A stretch of DNA of 32,325 nucleotides, taken from positions 32,736,286 to 32,768,610 of the forward strand of contig NC_068992.1 of the NCBI RefSeq assembly GCF_001194135.2, read 5' to 3'. Position numbers and translations under genes: made by a program. This DNA comes from Octopus bimaculoides. Its lineage: Eukaryota. This document shows, in pieces, positions 1 through 11,009 of the stretch (positions within the stretch are counted from its first letter, which is position 1; each line of letters begins with the position of its first letter). A model generated the notes under the pieces. The model saw only the letters and a list, made by a program, of their open reading frames with translations, ran no database searches and was not told where the DNA came from.

Positions 1-27
1 ATATATATATATATATATATATATATA

Positions 28-89
<62 letters not shown>
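1..89. repeat. (TA)n followed by (GATA)n microsatellite
   Basis: Pure tandem repeats visible in the sequence. Confidence 0.98.
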
Positions 90-449
90 CCTTTAATACC
101 TTGATGTCAAAAATGCTGATAGTTTTATTAGTGATAGAAAATGACGTATCGAAAGAATGGAAGAAACGGTTAATGACTGTCAGCAAAGGAGGAAATATAT
201 TCACATAGACAGTTTTGAAGTATGTGAACAATCACATATGGCTGTAATGTCTCTTTTCCAAGTATTATCGTCCACGCAATATAAAATTATAAATGTGTCT
301 ATGTANNNNNNNNNNATATATATATATATATATATATATATGCATATGGCAAGATTATGGCGAGGTTTCTAAAACAGACTGTACGCTGTGTTCTTGAACA
401 AAAGGATTCATTTCACGTCGTTCTGCAGTCGCTGCGAACATCATACCGT

Positions 450-640
450 GCATCTGTACAGGCAATGTCAATTTGATGGAGGACGTGACCTTGTGTATAA
501 TACTTCAGATGTATCATCTGCACAGATTGCTCAGGAGAAAACTACAGAACCGTCTTCTCCGAACAAGAAATATTGTAATGAACTTCATTTGCTTCCAGTT
601 GTTTCTGCACTCATAGCAGAGTGATTCTGTATCGTTCTGT
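450..640 (+). pseudogene. Possible highly decayed Tc3/Tc1-like transposase HTH fragment
   Basis: Stitching frames gives ..VYNTSDVSSAQIAQE / RRKLQNRLLRTRNIV / LLPVVSA.H, in the same order as the second HTH and linker of C. elegans Tc3 as I recall it (..TARDIRNE..KRTILNVIKRSGVIV..PLLSADH). Needs frameshifts; similarity is weak. Confidence 0.3.
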
Positions 641-642
641 CA

Positions 643-673
643 CTCATATACACGTGTGTGTGCATGTGAGTGT

Positions 674-704
<31 letters not shown>

Positions 705-848
705 GAATGCACTCACACTCACACACAAATACACACACACGCACACACACGAACACATACACACAAACACATACACATATATATGTTATATATGAGTGTG
801 TATATACGTATGTGTATTTAAACATATATATATGATATATCTCATATA

Positions 849-901
<53 letters not shown>

Positions 902-1346
902 NNNNNNNNNNNNNNNNNNNNNNNNNNNNNNNNNNNNNNNNNNNNNNNNNNNNNNNNNNNNNNNNNNNNNNNNNNNNNNNNNNNNNNNNNNNNNNNNNNN
1001 NNNNNNNNNNNNNNNNNNNNNNNNNNNNNNNNNNNNNNNNNNNNNNNNNNNNNNNNNNNNNNNNNNNNNNNNNNNNNNNNNNNNNNNNNNNNNNNNNNNN
1101 NNNNNNNNNNNNNNNNNNNNNNNNNNNNNNNNNNNNNNNNNNNNNNNNNNNNNNNNNNNNNNNNNNNNNNNNNNNNNNNNNNNNNNNNNNNNNNNNNNNN
1201 NNNNNNNNNNNNNNNNNNNNNNNNNNNNNNNNNNNNNNNNNNNNNNNAGTATTATCGTCCACGCAATATAAAATTATAAATGTGTCTATGTATGTATGTA
1301 TGTATGTATGTATGTATGTATGTATCCATGTATGTATGTATGTATG

Positions 1347-1386
<40 letters not shown>

Positions 1387-1417
1387 GTCTATGTATGTAT
1401 GTATGCTTGCATGTATG
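643..1417. repeat. Compound (TA)n/(CA)n/(TATG)n/(TATC)n microsatellites around an N-gap (902-1247)
   Basis: Direct inspection. Confidence 0.9.
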
Positions 1418-1896
1418 TAAGTAGTACTAACTAATGTATTAAACTATTTGCTTTCTTCTTTTTGTAATTCTATCTTAAAACGACCAACAACATGTTTTCG
1501 TATTGGGTTGTATGCCATGTGTTCGTTTCATTTAATAACATGAAAACGGGGTTCCTTTCTTTCTTTTTTTAATTAAATGTTTCTATTACAGAATAATTAA
1601 AATTAATGAAATTAAGCGAACGCAGATCGCGAAAGAAATAAAAATAAAGAGAGAGAACTCATGCGACAACCTGTTATATTATCAATGTTTACCTATAACT
1701 TTCATTGACTCTGTCATTTCACATCATCGCAAGTTTTGTCGCTTATATGTCTATGCGTCTTTCTGTTAGTAAATGTCCATCCTTATCAAGCGTATTTTAC
1801 CTTCAAAATCTTTTTTCTGTTTTGTCGTTTTGGAAATATATTTCTAGCAAATTATACAACAAAATATTTTATTTCTCTTATTTCCAAAGCGCTTAT

Positions 1897-2010
1897 GACG
1901 GCGAGCTGCCAGAATCATTACCGCGACTTAATGCTTAAAGGCATTTCCTCCGTCTTTATGTTTCTAGTTCAATTTTCACCGAGAACAACTTTGAGTTTTA
2001 TGTTTTCGCG
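1897..2010 (+). mobile_element. tRNA-derived SINE, family B (5' part, decayed)
   Basis: GACGGCGAGCTGCCAGAATCATTA...ATGCTTAAAGGCATTTCCTCCGTCTTTATG...AGTTCAATTTTCACCGAG has A-box-like and B-box-like motifs. It is the reverse-complement homologue of 9300-9410. Confidence 0.7.
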
Positions 2011-2108
2011 AAAATACCTGCTGCTCCAACTGTTAAATAATTTGCTTTTCACTCACACTATTTTCAATACTTCAATCTTCCCCACTCCATCTCTCACGCT
2101 CTCCTATT

Positions 2109-2346
2109 TCTCTCTCTCTCTTTCCCTCCCTCTACATACACACATATATATACATATCTTTATATATGTATGTACATATATATATATATATATCTTTATA
2201 TATCTATATATATATAATTACATCCATACACCTATATATGTGTATATATGCATGTGTGAGTGAGTGTTTGTACGTGTATACATACACACATACATATATA
2301 AATATATATACACACATACATACATGCATACATACATACATATATA
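2109..2346. repeat. (CT)n and (TA)n/(CATA)n microsatellite tract
   Basis: Direct inspection. Confidence 0.9.
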
Positions 2347-3359
2347 AGTGATGAGTATATTATTTAACTTATCAAACACAGTTCAACACGTATATTCATA
2401 TTTATATAATGGAAGAGATTAGATGTTAAAATGGATTATATATATTTTTTATTATTCATATCACTATACAATTTGTTTCATACAAAAAGACTCAGATATT
2501 CATAACAGATAATTGGTATAGTCAAATTTATACTCGTCGGTAGCTGGGATAAAAACTAACGAAGACGTTAAAAGTGCATAGATTTTCTCTAAGTAATCAC
2601 ATTGTAATAATGTCTTCGTTCTTGGAGTCATGCCTATTTTAAACGAGACTAGAAATTATATAATTGGGTTCTAATATATGTAATATTAAAAAACTGACAT
2701 TTTCTCTATGACTTACTATCTGTGTGTCTATTTAAAACTCCGAAAATGAATTATATCAACTGATTAGGTTGTATATATGTTCCCGAGGAGAAATCGAAAT
2801 AAGTGAAAGAATTTTCAAATACAATTATTCTTTCGGCTTAAGAAATTATCAGAAAAAAACGTTTTATAGTAATCAATAATAATTTCAAGTTTATAAAATT
2901 AATAATTTAAGTATTTATTGTAAATAATAGGTCTAAGATTCATAGACGAAAATAAGTGTTATATGTTGCAATTAAATATCTAGTCACAGTATTGGAATGT
3001 TTTTAGAAAATTTAGGAATAGATACTATACGAGTAATAAGCTATAAAAAATTCGGAATAGAGGATATTATACTTACGTTATCAACTGATAAACTGATATA
3101 ATCGTCTATAGAATGGTGTAAATTAAGAAAGGTTTTTTTTTATAGTTACTGTCGAAAAATTGCTTGTATTATTGCTGATTATGTTATCATAGATAAGACA
3201 AAAAAAACGAAAAAAAAAGAGAGCTATATAAGTTTGATATGGTGCAGGAGACAGAGTAATTAATGGAAAAAATGCTGACGTACATATAGTTTTTAAAAAA
3301 TAAATAAAATGTAAATAGACTGACAACAGATATATGGAAATATGTACATTCAAATTCAT

Positions 3360-4248
3360 GTGTCTATATACCAATACACATAAGCCTATGCGCATGCATA
3401 ACCATACAGCCATATATACTTATACACACATTTATACATATATATAGACACACATATATACATACATAAATATATATACATATATACATTATATATATAT
3501 AAACGTATCCATACAAATACATACACAGACCTGCAGGCATATACGAATACATCCATACATGCATGTACATTCCCATATACCTATTCATACATACATACTT
3601 ACATACATATACACACACATATGTACACGTATACTCGCTCAGTTGTATGCTGATTTACAGGCTTCAGAGCATGTATGCCCATATACATGTACATACATAT
3701 ATATATATACATTATAAAAAGATATTAATATGATTAGTGACTGGCATAACTGGACACTCAGGCATTATATTATAATATATACATACACATACCCACATAT
3801 ATGCATACATTTATCTCGTTAATTACATACATACATCGATATATACATATANNNNNNNNNNNNNNNNNNNNNNNNNNNNNNNNNNNNNNNNNNNNNNNNN
3901 NNNNNNNNNNNNNNNNNNNNNNNNNNNNNNNNNNNNNNNNNNNNNNNNNNNNNNNNNNNNNNNNNNNNNNNNNNNNNNNNNNNNNNNNNNNNNNNNNNNN
4001 NNNNNNNNNNNNNNNNNNNNNNNNNNNNNNNNNNNNNNNNNNNNNNNNNNNNNNNNNNNNNNNNNNNNNNNNNNNNNNNNNNNNNNNNNNNNNNNNNNNN
4101 NNNNNNNNNNNNNNNNNNNNNNNNNNNNNNNNNNNNNNNNNNNNNNNNNNNNNNNNNNNNNNNNNNNNNNNNNNNNNNNNNNNNNNNNNNNNNNNNNNNN
4201 NNNNNNNNNNNNNNNNNNNNNNNNNNNNNNNNNNNNNNNNNNNNNNNN

Positions 4249-4285
<37 letters not shown>

Positions 4286-4558
4286 CTTATACATACATAT
4301 GCATGTGTATATATACAAAAAAATTCATATGTGTACTGATATATACATACACCCATACACATTCATATACATACACCTATATGCGTATAGTTAAAAGGCG
4401 GTATCTGGACCTATACAAATATCGGTATTCTTATACATATAACAACACAGGCACACTCCTATTACTATAAGACCGAATATTCTAATGTCCGTATATAGGC
4501 AGATACACCGTATACTGACCGTGGAGGGGCACAGCCTACATAGACAAACATAAACTTG

Positions 4559-4612
<54 letters not shown>

Positions 4613-4720
4613 AACAGACATGCATATATAAATACACACATACATATATATACACAAACACGTATACGTTCGCATGCATACATGAAACAATACATATAAA
4701 CATGGTATACAGCCAGACAT
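3360..4720. repeat. Long degenerate (TA)n/(CATA)n low-complexity tract with an N-gap (about 3852-4248)
   Basis: Direct inspection; explains the IYIY/CVCV ORFs in the track. Confidence 0.85.
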
Positions 4721-5036
4721 TTGCACACCAAATTAAGAATAAATCATACAAATTATACATCTTCACATATAGACATACAAACATCTAGAATCCATGATCG
4801 GGTGTTGAGTTCGACTGGTTGTACCGTCAGAAAAAATATACAAACACACATCTTGAGAACTGAGTTTAATTTTATAAGTGAAACTATGTAGTTCATATAT
4901 CATTTTCATATATTAATTTCATACCTTATAGAGGATATCTATAAGTATTTGATAAGGATACGGGAATGGTAATATTTTAAAAATTGAATTAAATATTTAA
5001 ATGTAATATTGAATAATATTAGATAATATTATTATA

Positions 5037-5460
5037 TCACTTTAGTTTAATAAAGATACATTTTGTCATGTGTTTACATGAAAAGAACTTTTTCATTCCT
5101 CGTACTAACTAGGTTCCCTTTCATGTTCATTATTTTATAATTTTCTTCCAGATATAATCTACGGTGTTTGTTGTTAATTTTGTAAGAAGGTGCATGTGCT
5201 AAAATTTTCCATTTAATTATGCAGTTAAGATTGTTTCTTGTATGAGGTGCTAAATTTTTTTGAGAATCCTGTACTGTTCATTTTATTTTGGTCCCTGAAT
5301 GTCGATTCATGATTCGCTATTCGTAAATTGATCCAGTTTTGTGTCGCTCCGGTATAATGGTATTTTGAAGAATCCTGTCTAATGATTGTTGCTTGGTATA
5401 CTACGTTTTTTCTTTTACAATCTCTATCTAACTTACATGTGATATGGTCTCTACAATATA
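5037..5460 (-). pseudogene. Penelope-like element GIY-YIG endonuclease C-terminal fragment (lineage 1)
   Basis: Minus strand reads CRDHITCKLDRDCKRKNVVYQATIIRQDSSKYHYTGATQNWINLRIANHESTFRDQNKMNSTGFSK, then after frameshifts NLNCIIKWKILAHAPSYKINNKHRRLYLEE..LVSTRNE..SCKH. This matches the PLE GIY-YIG pattern (NVVY..YxG..R..H..ST..S..IKW.I..CRH). Confidence 0.85.
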
Positions 5461-5500
5461 TTACTCTTTTACTTGTTTCAGTCTTTTGACTGTGGCCATA
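5461..5500 (-). mobile_element. 3' tail fragment of SINE family A
   Basis: Reverse complement TATGGCCACAGTCAAAAGACTGAAACAAGTAAAAGAGTAA matches the tails at 6615-6665 and 30483-30520. Confidence 0.85.
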
Positions 5501-5674
5501 ATATATATATATATAATACAAATATATCTTTGGTTGGAAGGAAAGTGTAGTCGAATTTTCGTCATGATCACATTGAATGTACTTTTCTAATTCTTATGTT
5601 AAAATAAGCATTAATTTTTATATTCTATTTTTTTTTTCTATATTTGCAGATTACTTTATATCATAGTGCTCAAA

Positions 5675-6310
5675 ATCATAGATCATATCAGAACCAATAT
5701 TAGATATAGCATGCTGTATGAGTTGAAAAGGAAATCTTCAGCAGCAGATGCGCCAAGATATTTGTTTTCTGAATGAAAATGAAGCTTAATATGTCCAGGC
5801 ATACCAACAATATATTGGTCTATTTCGTGAAATATTTTTCTCGCTGGCTACTCTCGGGGCGACAAAATACTGTCAATATTGATCATCTAAAACTCTTAGT
5901 TAAAGAGAATATAAAGTAAATTTCACTTGAATTAGCAAAGCAGTTTCACTTCAAGATACATTTCGATCATAAGACACCGTCATCATCTATGAAAAAATGT
6001 CTAAACTTGGTCAGTGAGTCCATCGTAATGTGAATGCATTTGAGCTTCATCAAATTGATCCCCACTGCTCGTCATTGAAGAGTAACTTCGCTACCAAACA
6101 TTTCTATATAAAATCATCATATCTTATGAAAAGTGGATTCCCTATATTTAGTCAACGAAAACGACAATAGTGAGTATCAGGCGGAAAAGGAGAATATATC
6201 CCTAAACCAAGATTACATGCGAAATTCAATCTTATGCTCTGTGTTTAGGGAGATGAGAAAAGTGTCATTTTACACGATGTGTTAAATCAAAACGAAGCAG
6301 TTAATAAATG
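5675..6310 (+). pseudogene. Decayed mariner transposase
   Basis: Motifs in the correct order across frameshifts: HIR..MLYELKRKSSAADA, DHLKLLVKEN, ELAKQF, SKLGQ*VH (WVPH), II.SYEKWI (ITGDEKW), PKPRLHAK, LMLCV*GDEKSVILHDVLNQNEAVN. Confidence 0.8.
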
Positions 6311-6311
6311 C

Positions 6312-6710
6312 AATACAAAACTTCGCAAATATCTCGTTCGGGTAAAACCACCAATAGAAGAGAATATGATAAAAAAACTGCGTGTTCTCCATCCCATGCA
6401 GGTGTGACAGGTTATACAGAGGCGAAACATGCCACCCAATCAGAATAAGGGTAAAGTAACATCGCAAAGTTGTAACACGAGAAGAAATTGATAAATCGGG
6501 TATAGCTGATCATGTATGGAAAAATGGAGACTACCTCCGCCTGTGGGATGCAGTTAAAATAATAGACAGAGTACACCACTGGAAAATACGAAAACTAAAG
6601 GCGGTGCTCCAGCATTGCCGCAGTCAAATGACTGAAACAAGTAAAAGAGTAAAAGAGTAAGAGTAATGTAAATAAGGTACATAATTCCTCATCTCTTAAA
6701 TATAGAACTG
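6312..6710 (+). mobile_element. 5'-truncated Penelope/Poseidon-type PLE (GIY-YIG plus tail), chimeric with a SINE tail
   Basis: TKLRKYLVRVKPPIEENM..NCVFSIPCRCDRLYRGETCHPIRIRVK*HRK..GIADHVW..WDAVKIIDRVHHWKIRKLK, highly similar to 16704-16970. Tail AATGTAAATAAGGTACATAATTCCTCATCTCTTAAATATAGAAC (6665-6708) matches 17362-17405. Confidence 0.9.
6594..6665 (+). mobile_element. 3' end of SINE family A embedded in the PLE
   Basis: ACTAAAGGCGGTGCTCCAGCATTGCCGCAGTCAAATGACTGAAACAAGTAAAAGAGTAAAAGAGTAAGAGTA, compare 30463-30520. Confidence 0.9.
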
Positions 6711-7242
6711 AATTTCCACACTTCCGTACTTCAAATTTTAAAAACAATTTATTGCATCTCCCCATTAACCTGTGTTGGAATTTAAAAAAAAGTCCATAGC
6801 GAGCATGCTGGAGGTCAGATTAGTTGAAAATACACAAAAAACAATTTATGTAGTGCCGTTAACGTTCACCTTACAAAATTACATTTTATAAGTATATATC
6901 AATAGGTATATACTTATTGATATATATTCAGATATATCAATAGATATGCACTTCGAGAAACAATTCCAAAAACAATTTCTCCACATTCTCTCGAAAATTC
7001 ATGAATTCCTATGATGTCAAGAACATACATATATATATATGTATATACGTACACAGAAAATGTTTTATAAAACCGCTGCAATATTCCACATTTTAAATCT
7101 TTTATTCAATATCTTTTTTTATTCGTTGAAGGTTTTTGCATTTTCTTTTCAACTTTATATTTCCGACGACTTCCAGAATTAATGTTTATATACACACATT
7201 TGTATATATGCGTGCGTGTGTAAGAGACAGAGGGAAGGAAAG

Positions 7243-7290
7243 AGAGTAAGTGAGTGAGTGAGTGAGTGAGTGAGTAAGTATGAGTGAGTG
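7243..7290. repeat. (GAGT)n microsatellite
   Basis: Direct inspection. Confidence 0.9.
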
Positions 7291-8187
7291 TGTATATTGT
7301 CAGTAAAGGTGGATTTGTGAGATTCAAACGAATACCGGGTCAGCACTCATGCAGAATCTCAGGATAACAGGATATATAGAAGTGTAAAACAATCCAGCAA
7401 TTCCATACTGTTCCACGCAAACTTGAAATCCAGATGACCATCAATCGGATGGTATAAGCTACAAGAAATAAATGATTGAAAAAATTGCAATTATATTTAT
7501 TATTTATTTACGATCGTTTCGATAGCAAGTGGAATAGTTAGTATCATTTAACATGCTGTGACATACACATACAATAGATACGCAAGCCAATGATTATAAT
7601 TCTTGTATGTATGCTCTATAATGTTATAAGATATATACGCGCCTACGCAAGTGTCTTGAATGTATCTATTTACGGCAGGATATATCTTGGTGCTACACTT
7701 GTTACGTTCTCTTTCCACCGGGGTTTGTGATATATCAATCTTCTTACAAGCCAATTTGTATTTTTATTGATATGCGAGCGTTTTGTGATGATAACTTCCA
7801 GATGACTATCATGACACATTTTCAAGTTTGTTGTGCAAGATAGGGGCATCGAACAAATTGTCAAATCTGGAACTAGTTTAAGCCGCGCGGAAAAAAATTG
7901 TATTTGTGTGATAATGTATGTGCTAATGTAAAACGCTGAGAAAAGGCACGAGGTTTGGTTCTAATTGTATTGTGCTACATGAGACGTCGTATATAGTATA
8001 TGAAATTTAACTTGGAGTTAACTATATTGCAAATATACCCAGAGGGTGGTGTGTGAGAATGCTAATTTAGATAGGTTTTTGTCAATCTTGTAGAACAGTC
8101 TGTAATGGCGATGAATAATAACTATATATAAATATGAATACATGGAAATATGAATATGTACAAATATTAATATAAAATATGTTTGAG

Positions 8188-8212
8188 CGTCGGAATTTGA
8201 ACTCAGACGTTG
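8188..8212 (-). mobile_element. Small SINE family B fragment (B-box region)
   Basis: CGGAATTTGAACTCAGACGT resembles the B-box region of the copies at 1960-1985 and 9320-9345. Confidence 0.4.
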
Positions 8213-8473
8213 TTCATTTATCCCATACCAAAAAAGTATAAAGAATATCAAATTGAAAGAAAATAATACATACATAAAATGGTGTGAACCATGTCAGTAA
8301 CAAGTTAATAAATTGGGTCAAGACGTTTCCCTCATTCCTTAGCAACATCCCAATTAAATAAAAACCTGTTGTATTTGATGTATTCTGTTCGAAATCATTT
8401 GATTTCAAGTTTGTCTTTGCTTAAATATAGAAGCATATGCTCTAATTAAATCAGCCTTTGGCGTACACCACAA

Positions 8474-8501
8474 TAATGATGATTATGATGATGATGATGA
8501 C

Positions 8502-8561
<60 letters not shown>

Positions 8562-8600
8562 NNNNNNNNNNGGTGGTGGTGGTGGAGGTGGTGGTGGTGG

Positions 8601-8649
<49 letters not shown>
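8474..8649. repeat. (GAT)n / (GGT)n / (GAT)n trinucleotide microsatellites with a 10-N gap
   Basis: Direct inspection; source of the poly-M/G/D and poly-I/P/S ORFs. Confidence 0.97.
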
Positions 8650-9218
8650 AAAAATATTTTTTTAAGAAAGCGAACCATATATTTTACACATATTTTTGCA
8701 TTCTCTTTTGGCTATGTTCTTCTCAACGTTCAAATCATTGTATAACGTACATTAAATTAAAAATCAAAGACAAAAAGAGAAATTGTAGACAACACCCCGC
8801 TTCTATTTCTTTCCTTTCTTTAGAAGATTAAATTAGGAGTCATTTATAAACATTCTGGTTACACAAAACAAAAACCAAAATGAATAGCAATAGTAAAACA
8901 GTTAACATTTATTCACAGGAATGTAATTGTATCGTTTAGCTGTAAGCAATATAAAGAGACAACCGTGTTAATTTAGTCTAGAATTCAAGAAGACAAGAGT
9001 TTAGACTAAAAAGAACTGTTGTCTAGGAATGTATTTCTGTACAATTCGGAACTTTACACGCCATCCAGTTCTTAATTAGTTATAATTATGGAACTACATT
9101 AAGAATGCATTGTGTACCAAAAGGTATATAGCATATATTATATTTATTTATAGCAATGAATATCAATGTGACCCAGATATTATTAATTTTAAAAGTTTTT
9201 TCATGAGGATTTCAAATT

Positions 9219-9410
9219 TGGCACAAGGCTAACAATTTCGGGGAAGGGACTAAGTCGATTACATCAGGTTGCACTTATTTTATCGACTCCAAAATGATGA
9301 CAGGCAAAGACTACCTCGGTGAAATTTTATTCTCAGAAAGTAAAGATGAACTAAATGTCATTAGGCATGTTGCCCAGCATGCTAACGATTCTACCAGCTC
9401 ACCACCCTGA
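9219..9410 (-). mobile_element. tRNA-derived SINE family B, near full length
   Basis: Minus strand starts GGTGGTGAGCTGGTAGAATCGTTAGCATGCTGGG (A-box-like), contains TCTGAGAATAAAATTTCACCGAGG (decayed B box) and ends CTTGTGCCAAATTTGAAA; homologous to 1897-2010. Confidence 0.75.
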
Positions 9411-9436
9411 GAGGCGTACGAGGTGCCACTAAGCAT

Positions 9437-10065
9437 TTTCCTTCGATGTTATCAACCTCTACACTAACATTCCACATGACTACGGAATGGAGGCAATAAG
9501 ATTCTAGTTACAAAAATACCCCGAAATTCTCCCGGACCGCATAAACCAGAGCTTTGTCATTGAATCCTTGAAGTTCATCCTACAAAACAATTACTTTCTA
9601 TTCAATGCAATATACTACCTCCAAAAATGCAGCATTGCGATGGGAACGAAAGCAGCGCCTATCCTTGCCAACCTAATAATGGATTTCTTTGAATCTACCC
9701 TGTATGAACTTTCGCTCCAAACATTTGGGTCCCCATTCTACCAGTATATAACAGAAAACTGGAAAAGGTACCTAGACGATTGTTTTATCATCTGGAATGA
9801 ACCTTATGATGTACTCCTGGATTTCAAATCCACACTGAACAATATAAACTCTAATATTTAATTTACAATGGAACATAACAAGGAACATTTCCTATTTTTG
9901 AACCTTTTGAATATACAAAAAAATCCAACAACCAAATTGCAACTCACATCTACTACAAACCAACAGACTCAAAACAGTATCTATTTTTCAGTTCATGCCA
10001 TCCTAAACACACCAAAATAAATATCGCATTCAATCTAGCTAAAAGGATCTGTTCAATGATACAAA
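9437..10065 (+). pseudogene. PLE reverse transcriptase core and thumb (Neptune-like)
   Basis: FSFDVINLYTNIPHD, AMGTKAAPILANLIM, WKRYLDDCFIIW (RYLDD at 9766-9780), YYKPTDSKQYLFFSSCHPKHTKINIAFNLAKRIC. Premature stops at 9505-9507 and 9859-9861 plus frameshifts. Confidence 0.93.
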
Positions 10066-10069
10066 ATCT

Positions 10070-10609
10070 CCTTCTGCTCACTTAAGATCCAAAAATGAAT
10101 AACAGCCTAAATACACATAAGCTCCTCAAATGCAAAAGACAACAAACCACTCAAGAGACTCCTAACAAATGCAAAACTATAATCAATATATACGATACTA
10201 ACAGTTAAAAATACAGATGTCCTAATTGTGGTACATGCTCATGCCTCACGGAAGGCACGGAATTCATATTCCAGCAAGGAGAAAGATGCTCAATTAAGAC
10301 CAACTTCACATGTGCTTCCCAGAACCTTATCTATATCTTAACCTGCTCAGGTTGTGACCACAATTATGTGGGCCAAACGAGCCCCACTTTGAGACGCAGA
10401 TTCACGCTGCATAAAGAGCAGATTCGTTTTCCTCAATACGGCAGATAGTCCTGACCGAACATATCGACCAATGCGCAAGAAATAAAATGCTGAATTTCCA
10501 AATCTTTCCATTATATCAATGCAAAGATTCAAGCTCCTTACAAGAACGCATAAACAAAGAAACCCAGTTCATACAAAAGTACAGACTACATCTTAATATA
10601 CAAACTTGA
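10070..10609 (+). pseudogene. PLE Cys-rich linker and GIY-YIG endonuclease (Neptune-like)
   Basis: CPNCGTC linker, then FTCASQNLIYILTCSGCDHNYVGQTSPTLRRRFTLHKEQI..EHIDQC..IFPLYQC..KETQFIQKY; stop at 10607-10609. A Cys-rich linker between RT and endonuclease is characteristic of Neptune-clade PLEs. Confidence 0.9.
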
Positions 10610-10750
10610 CCACTTCAAAAATTATAGTGTAGAGTTAGTTGTCCCCCTTGCCACCTGTCACCTCCCTTGGTCCACACTCTAGACTCATTCTTATTTTTCA
10701 AGCATCCAAAATGGCGAGATCCCTTTGTCACAAGAATTGATTACTTCATA

Positions 10751-10796
10751 ATGTCCCTTGAAAAGCTAATTTATGTAGTGAAAACCGGTTGGATGT
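10751..10796 (+). ncRNA. Minimal type I hammerhead-like motif (variant core) in the Neptune PLE 3' UTR
   Basis: Stem I ATGTCC/GGATGT; core CTTGAAAA; stem II GCTA/TAGT with loop ATTTATG; GAAA; palindrome ACCGGT replacing stem III; putative cleavage after T10790. Confidence 0.55.
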
Positions 10797-11009
10797 CAGG
10801 ACATCCATAAAATATGCATATATTTCTTTAAAATTTATTTATAAAAAGATATTAAACTATTATATCTTCCACATATTTTTTACTCATAATTTTGCCACGT
10901 GATTTTTACTGAATCTCCAGTATTTTTGCTCCTTATATATATATATATATAAATGTAAAAACCTACTGTTGACATAGGCTGCGTGGCGTCCAATTATTAT
11001 ATGAAAACG

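Noticed and set aside
2558-2620. 13-bp inverted repeat AACGAAGACGTTA / TAATGTCTTCGTT with a 37-nt spacer
   Set aside because: The inner region pairs poorly; too weak for a pre-miRNA or MITE call and plausible by chance.
585-4784. Long ORFs rich in IY, CV, HT or X, here and at 8451-8745, 13666-14200, 18392-19248 and 28695-31090
   Set aside because: Artefacts of microsatellites and N-runs that contain no stop codons.
6232-6275. Apparent inverted pLTR tail in front of the 6.3-kb PLE (TTTAGGGAGATGAG resembles the reverse complement of CTCATCTCTTAAA)
   Set aside because: The same bases translate in frame as the mariner motif LMLCV*GDEKSVILHDVLNQNE, continuous with the upstream mariner; the resemblance is coincidental.
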